This document shows, in pieces, positions 40,327-49,274 of a DNA stretch of 64,000 nucleotides; position 1 is the first letter of the stretch; each line of letters opens with the position of its first letter. A model generated the notes under the pieces. It did no database searches, had not been told where the DNA came from, and saw only the letters and a list, made by a program, of their open reading frames with translations. The position numbers were made by a program, and so were the translations under genes. Source of the DNA: a virus; the IMG/VR virus record IMGVR_UViG_3300029812_000129, positions 5,332-69,331 of that record, one strand, 5' to 3'.

Positions 40327-41252
40327 TATTTCTCCTCATCATTTTTTTTAGCCAATAATTCTTTATACCAATAGGGCAACCCATGGGTAGCATTTCTTAA
40401 AATATCCTTAATTACAAATTTGAATAATTCTTCCTTAATATTTTCTTTTTCTTCAGAGAGTATATCTTTATTTACTTCTTTGATTAAGCCGCCTATATCT
40501 TTAGGCTCTCCAATAATTGATCCTTGTTCTCTTAAATGTTGGAGAGCTTTTTGCCAACGTGCTTCACTTCTAAAAGTAGTTATATATGTCTGGATAGAAG
40601 CTTTTATAGATTCTTTTTTCCATTGTGTATTATGTCTTTCTTTAAATGTTTCCCTAACATATTTAGTGAATAAAGGGTATAGTCTACTTCCGATATATAC
40701 ATCTTGTTCGTAGTTCTTGATAACAATACCTTCTATTTTTTCATTACCCAAATAACTATCGGTTTCAAAAAAATTCTTTAGAAAATCGATATTTTCTACA
40801 TCACTTGGTATTTCACCTTCAAATAATTGTGGGACAATATCGACATTTAGATTTTGTGCAATTGTTTTCAAAGATTCTCTGTCTGAGTATTTTCCATTAA
40901 ATGTAGCATCAAATAAAACAAGATTATTGGTTGGGACTCTCTCATAGCATAATACATTATGTTTTGGGTTTTGTAAATATTCAAAATAGAAATATGTGTT
41001 TGGAGGATATGATAAAATAGTATTTTCTATGGATAAAATATAACTTGCTGCTTTAAAAAACATATTATTGATATGCTCACGATGGATAATCACGCCTTTG
41101 CTACGCATTGTCAATTCACCATCTTTGTTTATGCCTACGCCAAATAGCGATCCATCAACTTTTTCTTGAATAATTATATTACCAACCAAAGCATTCTCGG
41201 TTCTATGCGATCCAAGTGTTAAAATTTTCCCATAAGATGGTATTGTTTTCAC
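40326..41252 (-). CDS. ATP-dependent RNA ligase (Rnl2-like); GTG start at 41252 preferred
   Basis: EKVDGS motif I, FEY, FD, VP.L, EGIVIK, KYV. Confidence 0.8.
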   Translation of the reverse strand: MKTIPSYGKILTLGSHRTENALVGNIIIQEKVDGSLFGVGINKDGELTMRSKGVIIHREHINNMFFKAASYILSIENTILSYPPNTYFYFEYLQNPKHNVLCYERVPTNNLVLFDATFNGKYSDRESLKTIAQNLNVDIVPQLFEGEIPSDVENIDFLKNFFETDSYLGNEKIEGIVIKNYEQDVYIGSRLYPLFTKYVRETFKERHNTQWKKESIKASIQTYITTFRSEARWQKALQHLREQGSIIGEPKDIGGLIKEVNKDILSEEKENIKEELFKFVIKDILRNATHGLPYWYKELLAKKNDEEK

Positions 41253-41253
41253 T

Positions 41254-41451
41254 TTATCCCCTTTCTGGATTTCTCTGTATAAGAATTCTATTATATTTTT
41301 TATATATCTCATCACAATGTTTTAAATATTCTAATTTTTTATTATAATTGATTTTCCATAAAATTCTTTCAATTCTACATTTGGAACAATTACATGTTTT
41401 TTTCTTTACTGCTTGATAACCACCTGATGCATAAGGTTTTATCCAACTCAT
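41254..41451 (-). CDS. Hypothetical protein
   Basis: AAGGAG RBS. Confidence 0.45.
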   Translation of the reverse strand: MSWIKPYASGGYQAVKKKTCNCSKCRIERILWKINYNKKLEYLKHCDEIYKKYNRILIQRNPERG

Positions 41452-41470
41452 TATTTCTCCTTTAAATTAA

Positions 41471-41561
41471 TTGGGGGCTGTTGTGTTGGAAAGAATACTG
41501 GAGACATATTTGTATGGTCGAAGACAGTGGAGCAGGAATGGGGAACCCTGCCAGCCCCCAA
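41471..41561 (-). ncRNA. Structured intergenic element, copy 1 (GGGGGCTG...CAGCCCCC stem)
   Basis: Perfect 10-bp terminal stem; GC-rich; stem and RBS flank shared with 46704-46771. Confidence 0.45.
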
Positions 41562-41564
41562 ACC

Positions 41565-41759
41565 TTAACTACATATTTTTGCTACTATTAAAAATCCTAA
41601 TGCTAAACAGAAAAACACAACTGCTGGTAACCACAATGGGCTTAATACCCATATCCATGACCAAGTTATTTCTCCACATAGCTTTAGCACAATAAATACT
41701 ATTCCTAATAGTCCTGCAAAACAAATTCCCCCGCCACTTGATGCTCCCGAATTATCCAT
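41565..41759 (-). CDS. Small two-TM phage membrane protein
   Basis: LGIVFIVLKL.G.ITWSWIWVLSPLW. Confidence 0.65.
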   Translation of the reverse strand: MDNSGASSGGGICFAGLLGIVFIVLKLCGEITWSWIWVLSPLWLPAVVFFCLALGFLIVAKICS

Positions 41760-41944
41760 TACTTCCTCCTGTTCTCCTGTATTTTTAAAAACTCATTTAC
41801 CTTTTGTTGTTTTTCTTTATCGGATAAATCTTTAGCAATATTATATTTCCTGAATTTCTTTAACTTATTCATTAATCTGATTCCTCTATCTTTGTATGAT
41901 TTACTTTTTATTTTCATTCTACCTACTTTGCTTCCTTTTGACAT
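41759..41944 (-). CDS. Hypothetical basic protein
   Basis: Coupled ORF, GGAGG RBS. Confidence 0.45.
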   Translation of the reverse strand: MSKGSKVGRMKIKSKSYKDRGIRLMNKLKKFRKYNIAKDLSDKEKQQKVNEFLKIQENRRK

Positions 41945-42156
41945 TATACCTCCTTATCCAATTCTTTTAAAGTTTGTTTTACAATTTCTCTTGGGGTTAG
42001 CCATCTTTGCCCAACAGGCGGTATCTTATTATCAAAAATCCTTTTCTCTCCATAACCATATATTTTACTTCTATCATTTATTAAACAAAGAATTAAAGTT
42101 CTTTTTAATTCATTTATTATAAAATCTTTTTGTTCTAATAGTTTTGTTTTATTCAT
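41944..42156 (-). CDS. Hypothetical protein
   Basis: Coupled ORF. Confidence 0.45.
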   Translation of the reverse strand: MNKTKLLEQKDFIINELKRTLILCLINDRSKIYGYGEKRIFDNKIPPVGQRWLTPREIVKQTLKELDKEV

Positions 42157-42338
42157 CTATACTATCCTTACAACATTCATAGCCATATAAATCAAATTTT
42201 AATTTATATCTTGCCTTAAACATCTTTGTGAGAATAGAAGCCACTTCTTCCCCTGACCTTTCATATGCTACAAGCTCTAAATATTCTTTACCTATAAATT
42301 CTTTGTTTTTTATTAATTTATAAATCATTTGAAGCCTC

Positions 42339-43574
42339 CTATGCTTTTATAACTGCTAATGGTTTTAGCTTGACCAATATCCTTACTAAGTCTGCTTGAT
42401 TCTTCATTACGGTTTCAACATCTTTATATGCTCCTGGTGCTTCATCAAGTTCTTTTTCGCTACGGATACTATGGATAATACCTTTATCATTCAATAGTTT
42501 TATTTCTTTTTCCAAATCAAGATTTCTGCGAGCGTCATTCCTACCCATTTTTCTGCCAGCACCATGAGAACAAGACTTAAAGCTCTCTTTATCCCCCAGC
42601 CCTTCTACGATATAACTGGATGTGCCTTGTGAACCTGGCACGATCCCTGTCTCCCCTTTGTATGCTCTTGTAGCTCCTTTTCTGTGAACCATTACATTTT
42701 TACCAAAATGATTTTCCATAGCAGCATAATTATGAGCTATATTTATCATTTCGCCTGTTTCAAATATTTTAATATCTGTTCTGTCTTGCCCTATTTCACA
42801 GTTTATGAAGGCAGTTCCATTGCCAAAATAGTTAGCGAATATATTTATAATTCTATCCATCATTAATTTTCTATTAGCTAAAGCAAATTCTACGCAATAA
42901 TTCATTTCTCTCAAATATGCCTGTCCTTCTATACTATTTAGTGGTAAAAAAGCTAACTCCCATTTTTTGGGAACGCTACTAAACCATTTCTCATTTAATT
43001 CGACAGCAACTTTATTATAACGTTTTGCAACTTTTAATCCAAGATTTCTGCTTCCCGAATGTATCATAATCCAGATATGATTATCGTCACCTTTTTGTAT
43101 CTCAATAAAGTGATTGCCTCCGCCAAGAGTCCCCAATTGTTTAAGTGCAGATCTATATTCTGTTCTAATTGTTGGCATCCAGTCTAAAAATATTTTTTTC
43201 ATATCTGGCATTAAATCTTCATTTTGTGCTACATTGTGATGCTTAAACCCAACAGGAATAGCTTTTCTAATCTCTGACATTATCTTTTTAAGAGTCTCTG
43301 TATCTATTTCTGTTAAAGATGTTTTAACGGCACACATCCCGCAAGCTATATCGCAACCTACGAGAGAGGGAACCACCACTCCTACCGTTGCCACAACTGA
43401 ACCTATGCTGGCACCAATACCCCAGTGTCCGTCTGGCATTAAAGCAACATGGCGGTGCAGGAACGGCAAAGAACTAACTCTTTTCATTTGTTCTAAACAT
43501 TGTTCTTCAATAAAATCTTTTTCAGAAAATACCTTCAAAGGAACTGTCATGTTTTCTTCTTTTATAATAAACAT
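42339..43574 (-). CDS. rtcB: RtcB RNA ligase (start MFII at 43574)
   Basis: PDGH.G, VG.DI.CGM, LGTLGGGNHFIE, HSGSR, HNY, HRKGAT, SHGAGR, DEAP.AYK. Confidence 0.95.
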   Translation of the reverse strand: MFIIKEENMTVPLKVFSEKDFIEEQCLEQMKRVSSLPFLHRHVALMPDGHWGIGASIGSVVATVGVVVPSLVGCDIACGMCAVKTSLTEIDTETLKKIMSEIRKAIPVGFKHHNVAQNEDLMPDMKKIFLDWMPTIRTEYRSALKQLGTLGGGNHFIEIQKGDDNHIWIMIHSGSRNLGLKVAKRYNKVAVELNEKWFSSVPKKWELAFLPLNSIEGQAYLREMNYCVEFALANRKLMMDRIINIFANYFGNGTAFINCEIGQDRTDIKIFETGEMINIAHNYAAMENHFGKNVMVHRKGATRAYKGETGIVPGSQGTSSYIVEGLGDKESFKSCSHGAGRKMGRNDARRNLDLEKEIKLLNDKGIIHSIRSEKELDEAPGAYKDVETVMKNQADLVRILVKLKPLAVIKA

Positions 43575-44254
43575 TAGCAACTCTCCCATTCAAATAGATT
43601 AATATAACTTCTGAAAAATTTTGTTAGCTTAGATTCAACTAAATCTAAATTATTAATAATATCTGTTTCCCAAAAACTAATAAATTCATAACCGAGATTT
43701 TCTAAAAATTCTTTTCTTTCTATATCTTTATTTCTTTTTAAAATATCTTTTTCTTCATTGTACTGATTTGGATTTTTATGCCAATAATCACCATAACATT
43801 CTACAATAAATTCATCGTGTATAAGAAAGTCAACGTTAAACCCGCCAATATAAACATTTGTTTTGTAGTCAATGTTTTTAACCATGCCAATGTCATCCAA
43901 TACTTTTTCAATAGTTTTTTCTATTTTTGTTCCCTTCTTTTTTTTGCCAGCTTTTATAAATTTATACAATCTTTTATGTTTTTCTTCTGTAGAAAGTTTA
44001 TCCCAATTCTTTTTTTTGGTTAATTCTCTTTTTTTAATAATTTCTTTAGTCGCAGGTATTTTATAATATGAGGATCTATTTCTTTTTTTGCTAGATTCTT
44101 TCATTTTTATTCTTGTTGATAAAGAATGATGTTTGCCGTAAAAATTATTCATCTTACCCTGCCTGCTACATTTTACACATAAACCGCTTGCACCTCTATC
44201 ATCTATTCCTATATTGCATTTTTTACATTTTCTATTTAATTTTCTATTTCTCAA
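43574..44254 (-). CDS. Free-standing endonuclease (Zn finger, NUMOD3, Vsr/DUF559-like domain)
   Basis: N.FYGKHHS..T..KM; T.IE, VDF, IVECYGDYWH, FWE.D. Confidence 0.75.
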   Translation of the reverse strand: MRNRKLNRKCKKCNIGIDDRGASGLCVKCSRQGKMNNFYGKHHSLSTRIKMKESSKKRNRSSYYKIPATKEIIKKRELTKKKNWDKLSTEEKHKRLYKFIKAGKKKKGTKIEKTIEKVLDDIGMVKNIDYKTNVYIGGFNVDFLIHDEFIVECYGDYWHKNPNQYNEEKDILKRNKDIERKEFLENLGYEFISFWETDIINNLDLVESKLTKFFRSYINLFEWESC

Positions 44255-44308
44255 TAATCTATTCCCTCCATATAATGTCTTTTATGACTGTAAAAACCTT
44301 TGCAAATA

Positions 44309-44608
44309 CTACTTCTCTCCTTTTATTTTCCTTTTGAGCTTTCCCATCTCTATAAAGTTACTTGCTTTTTTCCTAACCTGTTTACTGATATATCCTACTC
44401 TTGTAGTAGATACATCCATGAAATGACCTATTTCACTATAAGAATGTTTATCTTCCCTATATATTAAATAACATAATTCTTGGTCTGTCAAGGTATTAAT
44501 AAATGCTTGCCAATTTATTACAACTTGATACTTATTAATGGGATTATAATTATTACGTTTTTTACACATAGCATAAGCTTGTTCCCTGTTCATTCTATCA
44601 CCTTCCAA
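44309..44608 (-). CDS. Sigma-70 region-4-like HTH protein
   Basis: LTDQE...SYSEIG..M.VS..RV. Confidence 0.6.
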   Translation of the reverse strand: MEGDRMNREQAYAMCKKRNNYNPINKYQVVINWQAFINTLTDQELCYLIYREDKHSYSEIGHFMDVSTTRVGYISKQVRKKASNFIEMGKLKRKIKGEK

Positions 44609-45114
44609 TGTTTGTCGGCAGATTTATTTAAACGATCAATAATGTCTTTCTTGTCATAAATAGTTTTTGCACAAGGATTCCTGCCAAGCTTATCCCATCG
44701 AGCAAGCTGAACCAATTCTGGCAACCACGGATGATTTCCAAACCCTTTACATTTTTGCAGTTTTTTCATATCACCTAAAACATAGTGCCAAATCTTCATA
44801 TGGTTTTCAATTAACCATAAGGTTTTTAAGGTTACTTGTCCCTCCAATATTTCAACAGCTATTTTTGCGTGTCCCAACGGATTAACTTGTTTCCCGACAT
44901 CATGTAACATAGCAGCTAATATCAGATCCACATCATCACTTTCCCTAAAAGCCCATCTCATTGTTTGTACCAAATGGCTAAATACGTCTTTTTCTGGATG
45001 GTATTCTGGTAATTGTTTAAGACATTTGCAACCTTCCATCTTTTCAAATAGCGGATTCATGTTTTTTTCATCAAATACCATTGTAATGGCTCTCCTCAAA
45101 TAAATAATTGTCAA
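44590..45114 (-). CDS. HD-domain phosphohydrolase (like the C-terminus of CCA-adding enzymes)
   Basis: Q.PEYHPE.DV..H, AAMLHDVGK, GHA, NHM, D..GR. Confidence 0.8.
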   Translation of the reverse strand: MTIIYLRRAITMVFDEKNMNPLFEKMEGCKCLKQLPEYHPEKDVFSHLVQTMRWAFRESDDVDLILAAMLHDVGKQVNPLGHAKIAVEILEGQVTLKTLWLIENHMKIWHYVLGDMKKLQKCKGFGNHPWLPELVQLARWDKLGRNPCAKTIYDKKDIIDRLNKSADKHWKVIE

Positions 45115-46063
45115 CTTTTTGAATTATAAAATTATCCCAAAATTTTCTATCAACTTTTTTAGGTAGCTTGCTTTGTAAAGATAGTTCCTCAACTTCATAC
45201 ATTAGCTCTTCGAGTTTTGGAGCAACAACTGTTGAGTAATCGAACTCCCCTTGTTTAACTGCCCTTAAATATTCTGCTTCTTTTAGTGGAAAAGTAATTG
45301 TATTTTGAGTTAATATTTCTTTGGTTTGATAAGCAGCCCTTAAGGCATGAGAGATAGCTTTCCAGTCTATCCCCTTGTTTTCTGCTGCCATCTTTGCTCT
45401 TGCCCCATAATTTTTATAGAAGTTATTAACTACTTCATATAAATAACTCAAACTTGTAGTTTCCCCAACTTTCCTTCCACAGACTTCATACATTCTTATT
45501 CCGTTTACATCTGGTTCTTGTTTAAAAATATGTTCTCCTGTTGGTAATACGTCCCATAATTCTTTTAATTTAATATCTCTATCATATGCATAAAAGCCAT
45601 CAATAAAATTTAATACTCTTTTAGCATCATTTAATCTGCTCCCCTTAATTCCATATTTGCTCGCTTGTTTCCTGGCATATCCGACAAAAGCATTTAAGCT
45701 CTTGGTGTAAAATCTATGGCGTTCAGATACAATCTTTTCCCATATGTTAGAAGATTCTAAAACCATATTTTCGGGAGTATGTAGCATATCTAATGCAACT
45801 GTCTGACCCTGACAAGCTAATTCAATAAAATAATGTAGAGAATAGATCTCGTAATCAATATCTTCTGATGTATTTTTGGAAAGACTATTCCCTGTTGTTT
45901 GATGATAGCTTTTAGGAATTTTCCCTAAAAATATTTGTTCTTTAGTGGGCATAAAGATACCTTTAAAATCTTTATCCGATAATTCTGTATTTGTACCATA
46001 TAAATGGCTTCCAAAAATTAGCTTAACAATTGTTAGCATCCCATCATCGCCTTTAATCCGCAA
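45071..46063 (-). CDS. Pol-beta superfamily nucleotidyltransferase (RlaP/YcgL-like)
   Basis: GSHLYGTNT..SD.D.KGIF, GYA..Q, K...HALR, L..VKQG. Confidence 0.8.
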   Translation of the reverse strand: MRIKGDDGMLTIVKLIFGSHLYGTNTELSDKDFKGIFMPTKEQIFLGKIPKSYHQTTGNSLSKNTSEDIDYEIYSLHYFIELACQGQTVALDMLHTPENMVLESSNIWEKIVSERHRFYTKSLNAFVGYARKQASKYGIKGSRLNDAKRVLNFIDGFYAYDRDIKLKELWDVLPTGEHIFKQEPDVNGIRMYEVCGRKVGETTSLSYLYEVVNNFYKNYGARAKMAAENKGIDWKAISHALRAAYQTKEILTQNTITFPLKEAEYLRAVKQGEFDYSTVVAPKLEELMYEVEELSLQSKLPKKVDRKFWDNFIIQKVDNYLFEESHYNGI

Positions 46064-46503
46064 GCAAATAACCAGAAGAAAGCCAAAAATACCAAAGCCC
46101 CAAGAAATGATATAATCAGCCGTCCTCTGGTTACACCGTATATTTGTTTCTGAAAGAAGTTTTTATGATGGATAGCCCGGTGTTTTCTTATTATCTGCCT
46201 TGTAACATCTTTCTTTCCTGATAGAAGGTTTAAATGGGCTGATGTAATCGTTGCATTTTCGGGAATGTCTTTTAATCCATAACAATCTACTGGTTTCTTT
46301 TTATTGTATTTAACATCACAATAACCGGATGGCATCAGACAAAAAGTATCAAGCAAATCTGTGTGTTCTTTGTCGGCATAAACTTGGACTGAATGAATTT
46401 CATTCCAACAACCGCAAAGTTTAATATAAATATTTTCTCCATAATCTTCTGAAATCTGTTTACATAAATCATAAGGTATGACTGTAAAATGTTCTGTTAT
46501 CAT
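46033..46503 (-). CDS. Hypothetical protein with C-terminal TM
   Basis: LIISFLGALVFLAFFWLFA. Confidence 0.5.
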   Translation of the reverse strand: MITEHFTVIPYDLCKQISEDYGENIYIKLCGCWNEIHSVQVYADKEHTDLLDTFCLMPSGYCDVKYNKKKPVDCYGLKDIPENATITSAHLNLLSGKKDVTRQIIRKHRAIHHKNFFQKQIYGVTRGRLIISFLGALVFLAFFWLFACGLKAMMGC

Positions 46504-46686
46504 TTACTCCTCCTCAAATAAATCAGAAAAATCACAACTACTTAGAAACTTTCTAACTTTATTATTTACACTAATAAACCGCAACTTAAATGGCTTCATG
46601 CTCTCTATGATTGCATGTTCATCATGGTAGTATCCGCCCTCGTCTTCCCACGCTTGCTCAACTAAGATAGTATCGCCTTTTTCCAT
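46504..46686 (-). CDS. Hypothetical protein
   Basis: AAGGAG RBS. Confidence 0.5.
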   Translation of the reverse strand: MEKGDTILVEQAWEDEGGYYHDEHAIIESMKPFKLRFISVNNKVRKFLSSCDFSDLFEEE

Positions 46687-46703
46687 TATTTCTCCTTTAA
46701 ATT

Positions 46704-46771
46704 GGGGGCTGGCTTTTGCTCCAGCTTACGCTTGACTCGACAAGCACCTTCGCAGCTACTTACCAGCCCCC
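46704..46771 (-). ncRNA. Structured intergenic element, copy 2
   Basis: GGGGGCTGG/CCAGCCCCC 9-bp stem enclosing a GCTTG-TCGAGT-CAAGC hairpin. Confidence 0.45.
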
Positions 46772-46872
46772 TTCCCGCAGCCCTTTCTCACAGGAAATTC
46801 AATTTTCAAACTTGGTGGGGGAGAAGACGCAACCCTCTCCCCTGTGCAAACACAACTGAGTAAGTTGTATAT

Positions 46873-46901
46873 ATAATAAATGATAAATTTTTACTTGTCA
46901 A
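46873..46901 (-). promoter_or_regulatory. Sigma70/SigA-type promoter for the RNA-repair operon
   Basis: TTGACA-17 nt-TATTAT. Confidence 0.7.
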
Positions 46902-47251
46902 CTATTTCTTCTTTTTATTACAAGAATGTCATCTGCTATACACGGAAAAGCCCTATCAACTATTCTTGCGATTTCATAGTTACGACAAATTACTAGTTCC
47001 CGACCATCTCTCAATATTATATTGCCTGGTCGCCTTCCATGTCCACAACAAGATGCAACGGTTTCAACCTTGCCGTCATTCAAAGCTTTAATAATCTTTT
47101 CAATGCACGGATCTATTCCACCGTCTCCTGGTTTTCTGCCACACAAGGTGCACGGAGCGTTTTCAGAAATACCAAACCCAGTTTTACAATTAACCCATCC
47201 TTCTCTTTTATGTTCAATATCATGCCCTCTGTTTTGTGATTTTATTACCAT
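46898..47251 (-). CDS. Hypothetical Cys/His protein
   Basis: DPCI..II.ALN...ET.ASCCGHG. Confidence 0.55.
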   Translation of the reverse strand: MVIKSQNRGHDIEHKREGWVNCKTGFGISENAPCTLCGRKPGDGGIDPCIEKIIKALNDGKVETVASCCGHGRRPGNIILRDGRELVICRNYEIARIVDRAFPCIADDILVIKRRNS

Positions 47252-47413
47252 TTTATTTTCCCAACATAGTTAAAAGGATATATACAAAAATAGGTAGATT
47301 TAATAAAATACAAAGTGCTTTTGTCGAATTGTTGGTTGGCTTATCATCTGCAAGCGGAACCCCAATAATAGATAGAGTAACCATTACTAAAGAATACCAT
47401 CCTAAAATTTTCA

Positions 47414-47632
47414 TTACTTTTTATCCCCTTTCCTTTGAGCACGCACAACACATCTACAAACTACTTTATTGCCTTTTTGGTTGTGTCCTATCCAGCCTCT
47501 TCCAAAACAATGTTTACAATTCTTTTTAGCTAACGAGTAATCCCATACTTCAATATTTACTTTAAACGGATTTGGTATCATTTCTCTCTCCTTAACAAAA
47601 ATAGTTCCACCATGATATAGTAACAATCGCAA
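47414..47632 (-). CDS. Small zinc-finger protein
   Basis: CKHCFGRG...CRC. Confidence 0.45.
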   Translation of the reverse strand: MRLLLYHGGTIFVKEREMIPNPFKVNIEVWDYSLAKKNCKHCFGRGWIGHNQKGNKVVCRCVVRAQRKGDKK

Positions 47633-47764
47633 TCAGGGTTGCAACAAGTGTTGCTATGATTGGAACTAATACAGATGTAGTTTTAACATGTCGATCGGTA
47701 ACTGCTCCATAAGTCCCTATTGCCATTAAAATAACCCAAATTAAAATCGCTAAGTATTTCACTT

Positions 47765-48004
47765 TTATTTCTCCTCCATATCAAGTTTAATATTGTGCTG
47801 AGTTCCCACAACAACTGTTTTAATAGTTTCTCCCGCCCAGAACATATCTGAAGTTGTATATTCTGTGCCATATTTCTCATTAAGAATCTTTGCCTGGTGA
47901 CCAGCACCAATATATACAGGAATTGACGCAATCATAATTATTGCTACTGCGAAAATTGTTGGGCCAAGGAAAAATTTGACATCTGTCCAAAAATATTTCA
48001 TCAT
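47765..48004 (-). CDS. Membrane protein
   Basis: N-terminal TM; GGAGG RBS. Confidence 0.5.
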   Translation of the reverse strand: MMKYFWTDVKFFLGPTIFAVAIIMIASIPVYIGAGHQAKILNEKYGTEYTTSDMFWAGETIKTVVVGTQHNIKLDMEEK

Positions 48005-48222
48005 ACCTCCTTTAATAAAGTATCTATAATTTTCCTTAAGTCAATTAAGTCAGATTTTGATAAACGCATTTCCGAATAACCATTATATCCTCTACATTTT
48101 AAAAGCAATCCCCATGAATCAATTTCAAATGTTAAATTATTATTACTGTTAATCTTTAATTCAAAAAGTCTTTTCTTATCAAGTGCTTCAGCTTCTTGTT
48201 TAATTTTTTGTAATAGAATCAT
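48001..48222 (-). CDS. Hypothetical protein
   Basis: Coupled ORF. Confidence 0.45.
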   Translation of the reverse strand: MILLQKIKQEAEALDKKRLFELKINSNNNLTFEIDSWGLLLKCRGYNGYSEMRLSKSDLIDLRKIIDTLLKEV

Positions 48223-48460
48223 TTTTTACCTCTCTCTCATAATATTGTTTAAATAATTTAACTGCTTTAACTAAAAGAAAAAGCAAAAGAACTGCTGGCC
48301 AAAGCATTCCAATTACAAATGCTGTAATGCCTTCTCCACAAAATTCCCATGGTTCTGAAATTGGATCATTAAATAAAGTATCTCTACCTCTATAAATAGC
48401 AATTATCGTTGTTCCCAAGAAAGTTATGACGAGAAACAATACATAAATTTTTATTAACAT
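48200..48460 (-). CDS. Two-TM membrane protein
   Basis: Two hydrophobic segments; GGAGG RBS. Confidence 0.5.
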   Translation of the reverse strand: MLIKIYVLFLVITFLGTTIIAIYRGRDTLFNDPISEPWEFCGEGITAFVIGMLWPAVLLLFLLVKAVKLFKQYYEREVKNDSITKN

Positions 48461-48736
48461 TTCTTCACCTCCATATTATTAAGCACTTCTCTTATATCTT
48501 TAAACCCTCCCGATAAACCAATCAGCTGGATATGTTTCTATTATTCTGAAGAACAAAAGTTCAACAAATAATTCCCCGTCACTCCAATATATGCATAATA
48601 AATTTCTCATTATTGGCTCTTCTTCTAAATCTTCTGTTCTTACCATACATATACCACCGCCAAAACATCTATCTTTAAGAAAAAAATCTATCCAACCAAG
48701 TGAAAAGGCATACTCATCCCTCTCCTTTATTTAATA

Positions 48737-49156
48737 TTAATCCATTCCATCAAGATCTTCTTTTGTAATTTCATAACAATCAATTTTATCTATACAGTTT
48801 TCAAGAAAAATATCCATAAATGGAAGATTCACTCGTGGGCACATTCCCCGAACAAGGGTATTGCCATGTTTATCTAAATATTTCCATACAGGTATATTCA
48901 AATAATTATATTTTATTCTTCTATCTTCAAACTTACGGAAAAGATAAATCTTCATATCTTCAAACAGTCCTAATCGGTTAAACCCTGTGGGCATACCAAG
49001 AAAGATTTTCCCGATACCAAATTCCCTTGTCCCCGCAACATGATTTGAACAAGCCATGGTTCCATTATCTGCTACAATAAAACATCCATCTTTAGGACTA
49101 CTTCCACAAACACATCCACAACATTGATATTTTTCTACAGCTTCCTTAACGTCCAT
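48737..49156 (-). CDS. Hypothetical protein
   Basis: GGAGG RBS; C..C.CG; LGMP.GFNR.G. Confidence 0.55.
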   Translation of the reverse strand: MDVKEAVEKYQCCGCVCGSSPKDGCFIVADNGTMACSNHVAGTREFGIGKIFLGMPTGFNRLGLFEDMKIYLFRKFEDRRIKYNYLNIPVWKYLDKHGNTLVRGMCPRVNLPFMDIFLENCIDKIDCYEITKEDLDGMD

Positions 49157-49274
49157 ATTTAACCCTCCCTTATTTAACGTTTAAGCCCTTTAAATTTCTT
49201 TTCCTTGCTATGCCATTGGATATATCTAAAGTCTTTAATTCTGCTTGTTCCTGTTGCCTCCAGGGATTGTGGGG

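Noticed and set aside
46704-46771. Twister or hammerhead ribozyme
   Set aside because: Lacks the conserved cores (twister loop-4/pseudoknot pairings; CUGANGA...GAAA)
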